Below are positions 35,705-44,835 of a DNA stretch of 64,000 nucleotides, piece after piece. Location: contig JAOAJY010000002.1 of assembly GCA_026413965.1 (NCBI GenBank), positions 12,273-76,272 on the forward strand. The letters are read 5' to 3'. The position numbers were made by a program, and so were the translations under genes. Under the pieces are notes generated by a model that saw nothing but the letters and a program-made list of their open reading frames with translations, did no database searches and was not told the origin of the DNA. The stretch's first letter is position 1. Each line of letters opens with the position of its first letter. The stretch is from Candidatus Micrarchaeota archaeon (GTDB lineage Archaea > Micrarchaeota > Micrarchaeia > Anstonellales > Anstonellaceae).

Positions 35705-36955
35705 ATGGATGTTTTGCTCAGGCGCTCCATAGTGTCTGGAAAGTTCAAGCCCCCTCCCTCTCCTGCTGCGGCGCACAGGGCGCTTGCAGCATGCTCCCTT
35801 GCGTATGGCCAGTCTGTCATCGCCAACCTGCCTGAAACCCAGGATGTGCAAGCCACAGTTTCCGCCTGCAATTCCTTCGGGGCAGACATTCTGGTCCAAA
35901 ACGGAGTTGCGGACATTTTCGGGGCAATGGAGCTTGATTTCCCTCCAATCCTTGACTGCCAGCAGTCCAACACCACCCTCAAGCTGATGCTCCCTCTGGC
36001 TTGCCTTTCAGGCAAGAAGGTGGCTTTTTCAGGCTCAGGCAAGCTTGCTCAGCAACTTCAGGCGCCATTCTGCGCTTACCTGCAAAGCCTGGGAGCAAAA
36101 GCAGAATGCCCTACTGGCTGCCTGCCAATAGAGGTGCAAGGCCCAATAGCCAAAAGCGAATTGGTGTATTTCGCCGAGCTTGGCTCGCAGCTTCTTTCAG
36201 GAATCCTGCTTGCCTCCCCATTCTCGCCTGAGGCGGTGGAGATTGGCATAGAGGGCGAATTTTATGGCTGGGAGCATGTGGAGGCAACCAAAATGATAAT
36301 GGAAGCCTGCGGCATAAGGTTCCAGGCATTCCAGAAAGACTTCATAATAGTTGAGCCTGGGCAGGACTACTCAGCAAGCACGCAGCTTGAGGTTCAGCCC
36401 AGCCTTTACCTCTCCTCCTTCCTTCTTCTGGCGGGCGCTCTTTTGGGCAAGGTTGAGGCAGAAGGCAGGATGCCTCAGGAAGAGGCAGGCAGATTCAAGC
36501 AGATTCTGGAGTCATTTGGAGCGCATGCCATTTTGCATCAGGAAAGCTTCTCAGCCTCAGCTGGCTCCCTTTCAGGCGCAAGCTTCCTTGCCCCTCAGCT
36601 TGGCGAATTCCTTCCGCATGCCCTTGTGCTCTCTGCTGCCTCTGAGGGGCAAAGCCGATTTGAGGGAATGGCTGCCTTAAAGCCGCGCATGAGAAGAAGG
36701 GCAGGCATAATCGCAAGGCAGCTTTCCAGGATGGGCGCAATGGTTGAGGAAAGCGGAAACTTGCTGGAGATTGCAGGCGGAAAGCTCAAGGGCGCGCAGC
36801 TTGATGCCGAAGGCGACCCTGCCGCAGCCATGGCTTTGTGCTCTGCCGCCTTGTTTGCCTCAGGGCAGTCAAAGCTTTGCGGCGCAGAATGCGCGCTTGA
36901 GTCTTTTCCTTCCTTTTTCAAGGAGCTGTCTTCCCTTGGCGCCATTGTAAGATGA
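35705..36955 (+). CDS. EPSP-synthase-fold protein (AroA-like) whose active-site residues appear substituted
   Basis: Collinear with AroA: GKFKPPPSPAAAHRALAACSLAYGQSVIANL, GSQLLSGILLASPF and DPAAAMALCSAALFA. PPSPAAAHRAL replaces PGSKSxxNRAL, and DPAAAM replaces DHRMAM. The first ATG is 35705; the track TTG is at 35687. Confidence 0.6.
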   Translation: MDVLLRRSIVSGKFKPPPSPAAAHRALAACSLAYGQSVIANLPETQDVQATVSACNSFGADILVQNGVADIFGAMELDFPPILDCQQSNTTLKLMLPLACLSGKKVAFSGSGKLAQQLQAPFCAYLQSLGAKAECPTGCLPIEVQGPIAKSELVYFAELGSQLLSGILLASPFSPEAVEIGIEGEFYGWEHVEATKMIMEACGIRFQAFQKDFIIVEPGQDYSASTQLEVQPSLYLSSFLLLAGALLGKVEAEGRMPQEEAGRFKQILESFGAHAILHQESFSASAGSLSGASFLAPQLGEFLPHALVLSAASEGQSRFEGMAALKPRMRRRAGIIARQLSRMGAMVEESGNLLEIAGGKLKGAQLDAEGDPAAAMALCSAALFASGQSKLCGAECALESFPSFFKELSSLGAIVR

Positions 36956-36997
36956 CTGCTTGCGCTAAGGGCGGTTTTTGCTTCATCATGCTTTTGC

Positions 36998-37072
36998 CTA
37001 CAAGTCCCCTACGCGCCTCTTCATTTTGCGCTTGAGCCTCTTGCGCCTTTTTTTGAGCCACTTCCACCGCAT
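36998..37072 (-). CDS. rpl41e: Ribosomal protein L41e (24 aa; not in the ORF track)
   Basis: The minus strand encodes [24 protein letters not shown], which matches the hyper-basic L41e pattern ([21 protein letters not shown]). An in-frame TTG at 37111 would add [13 protein letters not shown]. Confidence 0.7.
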   Translation of the reverse strand: MRWKWLKKRRKRLKRKMKRRVGDL

Positions 37073-37231
37073 TCGGCCCTTCTTTTTCCATTTCCTAGGT
37101 CTTGCTCCCAATAAGTCACCTGAAGGCTTTTTGTTGTGTGTCTATTTGGGCAATACGATTATAAAGCCATTCTTTGGAGGCAGCCGAAAGAAAGTGTTTA
37201 AAATTGTTTTAAGGTGAATTTTAGGGGGAAA

Positions 37232-38716
37232 ATGCTTGCCGAAAAAAAGCAGCTCATAAGCAGCGCTGCCTCTGCCTGTTCGCCCAGAGTCCGGTCCGGA
37301 TTTTTCAAGTTCCACCAAGCAATGGAGGAAGCCGGGTTCGGGCTTGCGCGGCATGAGTTCCAAAAAGGGCTTTTGATTTATGACAGGGGGCTGGATTCAG
37401 ACGGCATCCCGAATGGAAAGTCCTGCTATTCGGTTTTTGCCTGGCTGGGAAAAGGCTCCATGCTTTTGAGGTTCCAAAATCCAGACAGCTCGCCTTCGGC
37501 TTTCTTCCTCCTGCCGCATCAAATCTCCAACCTGCACATAGAGACTCTTTTCACTTCCTATTCAATAGAGCGGCTGGTTGCCAAAATAAAGGAGAATTCG
37601 GCGAAAAAGCCGCCTCACCATTATTTCCTTGCCCTGCACGACCACATACGCTATGTGGATGGGAGCGATTTGGCGGCAATGAATTTTGACGACGGGCTGA
37701 GCGATTGGAAGACCATGATTTTGCACAAGAAAGGCGAAAACATAGACTTTGACTTCGGCTCCTCCTGCCATAACCATTTCCCTCTGGAGCAGATGAAGGC
37801 AATTGGGCAGCTTGAGGGGATTTTGGGCATCAGCAAAGGGGCATCAGTTGAGCTGACCATGCCTTTCTCAAAAAAATCCACCAACGGCCCCCACCATCTG
37901 CTTTGGTTCTCCAGCTTTGAGGCAGCAAAGGAGTATCATGACAAGTTCCTCTCAAAAAGAATATACAAGTACCCCGCATATGCGCCAGATGCTTCGCCAA
38001 AGAGGCTCAAAAAAGAAAACCAGCGGCTGCGCCAGGAAGGGCTTTTGGCTGTCGGCATAGCCCACCCTGCCTCAGGCTTGCGCCTTCCTGTTTTCGGGGT
38101 GCCTCCTGTGGGGCTTTTGGACATGGCGGCAGAAGGCATCTACCCTCTTGATTATGTCTTCGGCTACGTGTCAGAATACGCAGACAGCGTGGCAGGGTTC
38201 AACTCCCTTGCAGGCAAGGACATCAGAAAGTTCGCCAACCCATCCGAAGGCAGGCGCATGCTTGAGCTTGTGGAAAAGTGGGGCGCTGGGGGCAATCTTT
38301 TCCCCAACGCGCTGAACATGGCTTTCTCGCTTGAGATGAAAAGCCGCTTCGGCACTGCAGTGCATGCGGACAACGACACGCACAACTTCCACCTATTCCG
38401 CTTCAAGCACACCATCCACGGCTACGGTAAAATACGCACGGTTTTGGATGCCTCTATTCTTCCCTCATTCAGCCAAGGCTCAAAGCCCACCGTGCAGCAG
38501 GTGGTGGAGGCTTTCCGCTTGCCTGGCATTAGAGCCGCCATAATTCCATTCATCCCGTATTCTCCTGCCGAGGCGGACATTGCCAAGGCAAGAAGGAATG
38601 AGGCCCTTCTGCAGAAGGCAGAGGATTTTGCCTCAGAGCTTTGGTTCCACCTCACCAGCACCATCCCGAAAGTGCTGTCGGATGTCAAGACAAGGCTTGC
38701 AGGGCTTTTCCACTAG
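37232..38716 (+). CDS. Divergent PHP-domain metal-dependent phosphoesterase (putative)
   Basis: PHP-like His/Asp motifs occur in order: LHDHIRYVDGSD, SSCHNH, GIAHPASG, VHADNDTHN. An N-terminal extension of ~130 aa has no recognised family. Confidence 0.45.
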   Translation: MLAEKKQLISSAASACSPRVRSGFFKFHQAMEEAGFGLARHEFQKGLLIYDRGLDSDGIPNGKSCYSVFAWLGKGSMLLRFQNPDSSPSAFFLLPHQISNLHIETLFTSYSIERLVAKIKENSAKKPPHHYFLALHDHIRYVDGSDLAAMNFDDGLSDWKTMILHKKGENIDFDFGSSCHNHFPLEQMKAIGQLEGILGISKGASVELTMPFSKKSTNGPHHLLWFSSFEAAKEYHDKFLSKRIYKYPAYAPDASPKRLKKENQRLRQEGLLAVGIAHPASGLRLPVFGVPPVGLLDMAAEGIYPLDYVFGYVSEYADSVAGFNSLAGKDIRKFANPSEGRRMLELVEKWGAGGNLFPNALNMAFSLEMKSRFGTAVHADNDTHNFHLFRFKHTIHGYGKIRTVLDASILPSFSQGSKPTVQQVVEAFRLPGIRAAIIPFIPYSPAEADIAKARRNEALLQKAEDFASELWFHLTSTIPKVLSDVKTRLAGLFH

Positions 38717-38946
38717 CCTCTCTTCATCTTCCGCAAGGCATCAATCAGCCCATGCGCGTAGTTTATGCAGCCGAAAGCGGTCACAAAGTCCTTCTTTGCA
38801 AGAAAATACTTGGCATCCTCGCAATATCTCCTTGCCAAATCCAAAATCTCCCTGTTCTGCTCGCTCTCCTCAATTTCCTTGGCATTTTGGTAAAACTGGA
38901 TTATGTCCGACTCAATCCGCTGCCGGTCGCTTTCTTTTTTTGCCAT
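38713..38946 (-). CDS. DUF357-like small protein
   Basis: 77 aa with a C-terminal FVTAFGCINYAHGLIDAL pattern typical of archaeal DUF357. It overlaps the Bud32 gene by 1 nt. Confidence 0.5.
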   Translation of the reverse strand: MAKKESDRQRIESDIIQFYQNAKEIEESEQNREILDLARRYCEDAKYFLAKKDFVTAFGCINYAHGLIDALRKMKRG

Positions 38947-39515
38947 CAGCCCCTCTCCATGTATCTTGCCCTTTTCTCTATCTCCAAAACCAAGCGGGCA
39001 GCCTCTTTGCTTCCGCCAAGCTTGGCATAAATTTGCGCAAAGTCCTTGCCTTGCTGCCCCAAGGATTTTTTCATGACCAAAACATCTGTCGCCTTGTCCT
39101 CAGGGTCGCATGAAATGAAGCCCAAGCCAAAGTCAATCACCGCCATGCCCTGCCGCGTGAGCATCAGGTTCGCAGGCGTGTAGTCTCCGTGGATGATGTC
39201 CAAGGAGTGCAGCTTCGCAAGGATTCTTGCAGCCTCAACCACATGGCGCCGGCTTATCCTGCCAGGGCAGCTGTTGAGCATCCTGCCCGCCAAGCGCTTC
39301 ATGCAAATGGAATAATCGCTGACATGATAGACTGTGGGGCAGAGGACTCCTGCCTCCTTGGCTTTGGCAAGAAGCCGAGCCTCTCTTCTTGTCCTGCTTT
39401 TCCTTATGCTTGAGTCAAGCTGCGGGTTTCGGTATTTTTTCTGCAGCCTGGTTTTCTGCACAGCAGGCAAACCCGCGAATGTTGCAGGCGAAATGACCGC
39501 CTCTGCTCCCTTCAT
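38946..39515 (-). CDS. bud32: Bud32 (Kae1-associated) atypical protein kinase, KEOPS subunit
   Basis: Small RIO-like kinase: TRREARLLAKAKEAGV, IIHGDYTPANLML, VIDFGL. It is not fused to Kae1. Confidence 0.85.
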   Translation of the reverse strand: MKGAEAVISPATFAGLPAVQKTRLQKKYRNPQLDSSIRKSRTRREARLLAKAKEAGVLCPTVYHVSDYSICMKRLAGRMLNSCPGRISRRHVVEAARILAKLHSLDIIHGDYTPANLMLTRQGMAVIDFGLGFISCDPEDKATDVLVMKKSLGQQGKDFAQIYAKLGGSKEAARLVLEIEKRARYMERG

Positions 39516-39524
39516 GGCTCTTCC

Positions 39525-40157
39525 CTAAAGGCTTATTGCGCTGAACCCCAAGAAAGAGAATGCGAATGAGGCCAGCCATATCCGCCAGTCCCAAGCAAGG
39601 ACTTTGCTTCCGTCAAGGGGGAAAATGGGGAGCAGGTTGAACATGGCAAGCCCCATGTTTATCCACGCGCCATGCATGGTGACCGTGGCTATTATCACAT
39701 TGTCATAGAAAAGCAGGTATCCGGCAAAGAATATTCCTGCCAAAAGCCAGTTCATCGCAGGCCCTGCAAGCGAGATTATCCCATTTTCCCTTCTGCTTAT
39801 GTGCCTCATTGAGTAAAGGTAGACTGCGCCTGGGGCGATGAAGAGCGGAAGGCGGAAGCCGAATATCTGCGGCACAATTGCAAGCCCGAGGGCAAGGGCA
39901 AGCCCAAGAGGCCAAGCCCTGAATCTTGCCTTTGCCCCATATTTCAGCCCGTAGTACTTGTGCGCCATCTCATGCAAAAGAAAGCCGCTCCCTATGGTTA
40001 TTATGTAGGTTGCCATGAGGAAAATGAAGCGCGAGGGCTCAATTGACAGCCCTGCTGTGGCAAACGTGAGCGCAAGCGAGATTGCCAAAATTGAGACCAA
40101 AATCTCAAATCCTTCCTCTTTTCCAATGTGCATATGGACCATTTTCCCACCGCTCAC
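39525..40157 (-). CDS. M50-family site-2 metalloprotease
   Basis: HEMAHKY (HExxH) within a TM helix, plus NLLPIFPLDG downstream. Confidence 0.85.
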   Translation of the reverse strand: MSGGKMVHMHIGKEEGFEILVSILAISLALTFATAGLSIEPSRFIFLMATYIITIGSGFLLHEMAHKYYGLKYGAKARFRAWPLGLALALGLAIVPQIFGFRLPLFIAPGAVYLYSMRHISRRENGIISLAGPAMNWLLAGIFFAGYLLFYDNVIIATVTMHGAWINMGLAMFNLLPIFPLDGSKVLAWDWRIWLASFAFSFLGFSAISL

Positions 40158-42325
40158 CTATACATGAGATTGCCGTCTCCTTTCGCGAATTTCTTTATCT
40201 TCTCAACATAAGATTTGGTCACAGAGGGCTTGACTGCGCTGAGGGCAGACTCAAAATCCTGGGCAGTCACCTCCTCGACATCCACGCTTCGCCTTATGGC
40301 AGCCATGCCTGCCTCTCGGCAGACATTCTCCAAGTCGGCTCCTGTGTAGCCTTCAGTCTTCTTGGCTATCTCCTGCAAATCCACATCTTTTGCAAGAGGC
40401 ATGGCGCGCGTGTGTATTTTTATTATCTCCAGCCTTGCCTTCTCATCAGGCGCAGGTATCTCAATTATCCTGTCAAACCTTCCTCCTCTCATGAGGGCAG
40501 GGTCCAGTATGTCTGGCCTGTTGGTCGCGCCAATCACCACCACATTCTTCAGCCCAGTCAGCCCGTCCATCTCGGTAAGCAGGGTGTCCACCACCCTTTC
40601 AGCCACCCTGTTCCCCTCATCCACGCTTCCCCTGTAAGGGGCTATGGCATCTATCTCGTCTATGAATATCACGCAGGGCGTAGCCATCCTGGCTTTCCTG
40701 AAAATCTCGCGGACCGCCTTTTCGGACTCGCCAACCCATTTTGAGAGCACCTCTGGGCCTTTGATGGAGATGAAATTCGCCTCAGTCTCGGTAGCCACCG
40801 CCTTGGCAAAAAGCGTCTTTCCAGTTCCAGGAAGCCCTACAAGCAATATGCCTTTGACCGGCCTTATGCCAATCCTGCTGAAAACCTCGGGGTTTTTGAG
40901 CGGAAGCTCAACTGCCTCCTTGAGCTCCTTCTTGACATTCTCCAATCCGCCGATGTCTGACCACCTGACGTTGGGCTTTTCCAAGAACACCTCGCGCAAG
41001 CCTGAGGGGCGCACCTCGCGAAGGGCGTTCATGAAGTCCTCGCGCGTCACTTTCAGGTTGTCCAATATCTCTGAGGGTATGAACTCCTGCTCCAAGTCAA
41101 TCTTAGGCAATATCCTGCGCAAAACCTTCATCGCCGCCTCCTTTGTCAGCGAGGATATGTCCGCTCCTGTGTAGCCATGGGTTATTGCGGCTATCTCCTC
41201 AAGCTTCACGTCTTCTGACAATGGCATGGAGCGGGTGTGTATCTGCAGAATCTCCAGCCTCGCCGAGCGGTCAGGCACGCCCAGCTCAATCTCCCGGTCA
41301 AACCTTCCGGGCCTTCGCAATGCAGGGTCTATGGAGTTGGGGCGGTTGGTTGCGCCAATCACAATCACCTGCCCCCTTGCCTTCAGCCCGTCCATCAGCG
41401 TCAAAAGCTGGGAGACCATCCTGCGCTCAACCTCTCCTGTGACTTCTTCCCTTTTTGGGGCTATGGCGTCAATCTCATCCATGAATATTATTGAAGGCGC
41501 ATTCTCCTCAGCATCCTTGAAAATCTGCCTCATCTTCTCCTCAGACTCGCCCACGAATTTGCTCACAAGCTCAGGCCCGCCTATGTGTATGAAGTTCGCC
41601 TCTGATTCGGACGCCACTGCGCGGGCAAGCAGGGTCTTTCCTGTTCCAGGAGGCCCGTAAATGAGCACGCCTTTGGGCGCCTCTATGCCCAGCCTCTCAA
41701 AAAGCTCAGGGTGGCGCAAAGGAAGCTCCACCATCTCGCGTATCTTCTGGACCTCTTCTTTCAGCCCTCCTATGTCCTCATATGATATGGTGGCAATCTG
41801 CGCGCTTTCCTTCTCAGGCGCCTCTTTGAGCACAAGCTCAGTGTTCTCATTGACAATCACAATTCCTGCAGGCTGCACCATCGCCGCAACCAGCGGGAAA
41901 GAGGTTCCGAAAACCCCTATGAAAATGGTGTCTCCGCGCGTTATCGCCCTGCCAATCATCTTCTTTTTCACAAACTGGTCAAAGCCAGGCGAGTATTTCA
42001 TCGGCTGGGTAGGAGCAAGGACCACTTTCTTTGCCTCCTTGAGCTCTGCCTTGCGCACCACTATCTTGTCCCCCAAGCCCACTCCTGTGTTTTGCCTGAG
42101 GTAGCCGTCCATCCTTATTATGTTCAGCCCTTCGTCTTGCGGATGGGCTTGCCAGACCAGCGCCGCAGTGCTTCGCTTGCCTTTCAGCTCCACGATATCT
42201 CCGGTTGACACGTCAAGCTCCCTGCGCGCCCTGGAGTCTATCCTGACCAAGCCCCTGCCAACATCATTTTGCAAAGCCTCAGCCACTTTCAGCTCAATGC
42301 TTTTGCCTGCCATGAAAATCGCCAC
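40154..42325 (-). CDS. cdc48: Cdc48/VCP-type AAA+ ATPase
   Basis: N-terminal double-psi barrel (VRIDSRARRELDVSTGDIVELKG) and two AAA modules (GPPGTGKTLLA...DEIDAI and GLPGTGKTLFA...DEIDAI). Confidence 0.92.
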   Translation of the reverse strand: MAIFMAGKSIELKVAEALQNDVGRGLVRIDSRARRELDVSTGDIVELKGKRSTAALVWQAHPQDEGLNIIRMDGYLRQNTGVGLGDKIVVRKAELKEAKKVVLAPTQPMKYSPGFDQFVKKKMIGRAITRGDTIFIGVFGTSFPLVAAMVQPAGIVIVNENTELVLKEAPEKESAQIATISYEDIGGLKEEVQKIREMVELPLRHPELFERLGIEAPKGVLIYGPPGTGKTLLARAVASESEANFIHIGGPELVSKFVGESEEKMRQIFKDAEENAPSIIFMDEIDAIAPKREEVTGEVERRMVSQLLTLMDGLKARGQVIVIGATNRPNSIDPALRRPGRFDREIELGVPDRSARLEILQIHTRSMPLSEDVKLEEIAAITHGYTGADISSLTKEAAMKVLRRILPKIDLEQEFIPSEILDNLKVTREDFMNALREVRPSGLREVFLEKPNVRWSDIGGLENVKKELKEAVELPLKNPEVFSRIGIRPVKGILLVGLPGTGKTLFAKAVATETEANFISIKGPEVLSKWVGESEKAVREIFRKARMATPCVIFIDEIDAIAPYRGSVDEGNRVAERVVDTLLTEMDGLTGLKNVVVIGATNRPDILDPALMRGGRFDRIIEIPAPDEKARLEIIKIHTRAMPLAKDVDLQEIAKKTEGYTGADLENVCREAGMAAIRRSVDVEEVTAQDFESALSAVKPSVTKSYVEKIKKFAKGDGNLMYR

Positions 42326-42397
42326 CGCATATTCTATACTACAGCCCTAAAAATGCCTCAAATATTTATAAATGACTTGCCCTGGCTGGCTTGTAGG

Positions 42398-43639
42398 CTA
42401 AAATTCGCCAAGAGTGGTCTGCTTATCCTCAGCAGGCTCGCCTTCCCAAAATATGATGATTTTTCCGTATTCCCCGTCATAGCCTGCAATCTTTCTCACC
42501 CTGCCTTCCTCCACCCGCCTCAATGCTTCGGCAACCCTTCTTCCAGCCGCTTTTTCAACCTCTTTTTTTTCGGCATGAAGCGCCGCAAGCTCGCTTCCAA
42601 ATTGCCTCACCAGCCTGAAATACATCTCATCAACTGCCTGCGATGAGGGCTTTTTGCCCAAAGCCTCGCCCAAAAGCTCCTTGAGGGGCACAAGCGACTC
42701 AAAAGGCACGGCATTCTTTGGCACAAAGCCAGCAGGCCTGTCGGCAAGCTGCTCCACCCTGCTCATCACTCCTATGGTGAGGGGCTTTTTGCAGACAGGG
42801 CATATCCCTTTGTGCTCCTTGGTCTGCTGCGGGGAAAAGCTCACCTTGCATGCCCGATGACCGTCAAAATGGTATTTCCCCTCCTCGGGGTAAAATTCAT
42901 ACGTGCAGGCAAGCTTGCGCTTCTCCTTGTGCCTGATTGCGTCATAAAGCTCGTCATAGGTTATCCTGTCAAGCTCAAACACATTGGCTTCCCTGCCTAT
43001 TTTCTCAGGCGAGTGGGAGTCGGAGTTGGAAAGAAGCTGGAGATTGTCAAGCTGGGAAAGCCTCCAATTCATGGCAGGGTCTGAGGAAAGCCCAGTCTCA
43101 ATAGCATAAATCTTCTTCTCATATTCCCCAAAGCACTCCTTTATGGAATCAAAGCCGCTTGCTGAGCCGAAAAGGGAGAACCACGGAGTCCATGCGTGGG
43201 CAGGCACAACCAGGTTTTTCTCAGAAACCTCAAACACAAGCTCGCACATCTCAGCTGCGCCCATGCCAAATGTGGGCCTTCCGTCAGCCCTCAGGTTGCC
43301 TCTCTTGCCAAGCGCCTCGTTTATCTGGGCAGCCACCTCAAGCGAAGGCGAGAGGATGACCAAGTGTATCCTTCTTGTTTTCCCATCCTGCGAGTATACG
43401 CAGGAGACTTCGGATGAAAGGCAAAAAAGCGTTTTCTCATGCTCCAAAAACCCCAAGTCCGTCTCAATGGCTTTCTTCTCAAGCTCTGAAAACCATTCAG
43501 GATGGGTGAAGTCTCCGGTCCCAACTATGCCTATGCCTTTCAGCTTTGCCCACTGCGAAAGGCTCTCCAAATCCATTGCCTGCGAGGTTGCCCTGGAGTA
43601 TTTGGAATGTATGTGCAAATCCGCCACAACTCTTGCCAA
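42398..43639 (-). CDS. Endonuclease Q-like PHP-domain nuclease (TIGR00375 family)
   Basis: N-terminus ADLHIHSKYSRATS, a central HAWTPWF, a zinc finger CPVCKKPLT, and a length of ~410 aa, as in Pyrococcus EndoQ. Confidence 0.65.
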   Translation of the reverse strand: MARVVADLHIHSKYSRATSQAMDLESLSQWAKLKGIGIVGTGDFTHPEWFSELEKKAIETDLGFLEHEKTLFCLSSEVSCVYSQDGKTRRIHLVILSPSLEVAAQINEALGKRGNLRADGRPTFGMGAAEMCELVFEVSEKNLVVPAHAWTPWFSLFGSASGFDSIKECFGEYEKKIYAIETGLSSDPAMNWRLSQLDNLQLLSNSDSHSPEKIGREANVFELDRITYDELYDAIRHKEKRKLACTYEFYPEEGKYHFDGHRACKVSFSPQQTKEHKGICPVCKKPLTIGVMSRVEQLADRPAGFVPKNAVPFESLVPLKELLGEALGKKPSSQAVDEMYFRLVRQFGSELAALHAEKKEVEKAAGRRVAEALRRVEEGRVRKIAGYDGEYGKIIIFWEGEPAEDKQTTLGEF

Positions 43640-43690
43640 TTCCCTCCCCGCCCTTTTTTTCCCGCCACAATTAAAATACTCTTATGCTTC

Positions 43691-44797
43691 ATGCAATCCA
43701 TGGCAAACCTGTTCAGGCAAATCCGCGAGGAGAGGGGGCTTTTCAAAGACGAATCCGCGCTTCTTCCTGATTTCCTTCCTGAGGAGCTTCCAGGCAGGGA
43801 AAGGGAGATGCGCGAGCTGGCGTTCTGCCTCAAGCCCGCTGCAGAGGGCAGCCAGCCGCGCCATGCTGCCTTGGTCGGCCCCCCAGGCACAGGCAAGACT
43901 TCCTCAGCAAGGCTTGTCCTCAAGCATCTTTGCGAATACAGCAGCCGCCCGCTGGCAATCTACATAAACTGCTGGGAAATCCCCTCCCGCTTCGGGGTAC
44001 TTTCAGCGATTGCCGACGCTTTGGGCGAGCCCATGCCCAGGCGCGGCATTGCAGCAGACGAGATTTTTTTGCGGGTGGTGGAGATAGCCAAGAAGGAAGG
44101 CAGGGTGCCAGTCATTGTTTTGGATGAGGCAGACAGGCTGGTCGCCCAGCCTGGAGGGGAAAAGGTGCTGTATGACTTGTGCAGGGCAGGAGAGGTGCAG
44201 TCCCTCAAAACCGGCGTGGTCGCCATAGCCAATGACGAAAGCTTCTCCGCCAAGCTTGATGCGCGAATACGCTCCTCTTTTCCGCAAAGCGTGCTTTCTT
44301 TCAAGCCTTATTCCATGCCGCAGCTCAAAGAGATTGCGGGGCAGAGGGCAAGGCTGGCTTTCTTTGAAAGCGCAGTCCATCCAGACGTGGTGCCGCTTTG
44401 CGCTGCGATAGCCTACAAAAACGGAGGGGATGCCCGCTTGGCCCTCTCCCTTCTTTTCTCTGCTGGCAAGATTGCGGAAAGGGAAAACGCCTCCTGCGTC
44501 AATGTTTCCCACGTCCGCCAGGCGCAGCCATCCGCCATACCAGCCTCCAAGACAAAGGCTGAAAGGGCGGTTTTTGGCATGGATGCTCTTGACCAGGAGA
44601 TAGTCAAGGCAGTCAAGGAGGCAGGCAAGGGCGGGATTGAGTCAGGCAGGCTCTACCAGCTGCTTTCAGGCATCGCAAAAGAGCGCGCGATAAGAGGAAG
44701 GATAAAAAGGCTTGAGGAAAGCGGAGTGCTCTCATGCCAAGACATGCAGCTCAAGCATGGCAGAAGCAGGATGATAAGGCTCAAGGAGCCCAAATAG
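43691..44797 (+). CDS. cdc6: Orc1/Cdc6 replication initiator
   Basis: LPGREREMRELAFCL, GPPGTGKTS (Walker A), VLDEADRL (Walker B) and a C-terminal winged helix. ATG candidates are at 43691 and 43700. Confidence 0.9.
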   Translation: MQSMANLFRQIREERGLFKDESALLPDFLPEELPGREREMRELAFCLKPAAEGSQPRHAALVGPPGTGKTSSARLVLKHLCEYSSRPLAIYINCWEIPSRFGVLSAIADALGEPMPRRGIAADEIFLRVVEIAKKEGRVPVIVLDEADRLVAQPGGEKVLYDLCRAGEVQSLKTGVVAIANDESFSAKLDARIRSSFPQSVLSFKPYSMPQLKEIAGQRARLAFFESAVHPDVVPLCAAIAYKNGGDARLALSLLFSAGKIAERENASCVNVSHVRQAQPSAIPASKTKAERAVFGMDALDQEIVKAVKEAGKGGIESGRLYQLLSGIAKERAIRGRIKRLEESGVLSCQDMQLKHGRSRMIRLKEPK

Positions 44798-44835
44798 CCC
44801 CGTTTTTCCTTCTGCTTGCTGCAAAAAGGCAAAAA

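Noticed and set aside
36975-36997. An ATGATGA (C-box-like) sequence on the minus strand just after the L41e stop.
   Set aside because: No CTGA D box or terminal stem lies within the expected 50-70 nt.
43640-43690. A replication origin next to orc1/cdc6.
   Set aside because: The upstream intergenic region is only ~50 nt and the downstream gap to hisS is ~40 nt. I saw no repeated ORB-like boxes or AT-rich unwinding element.
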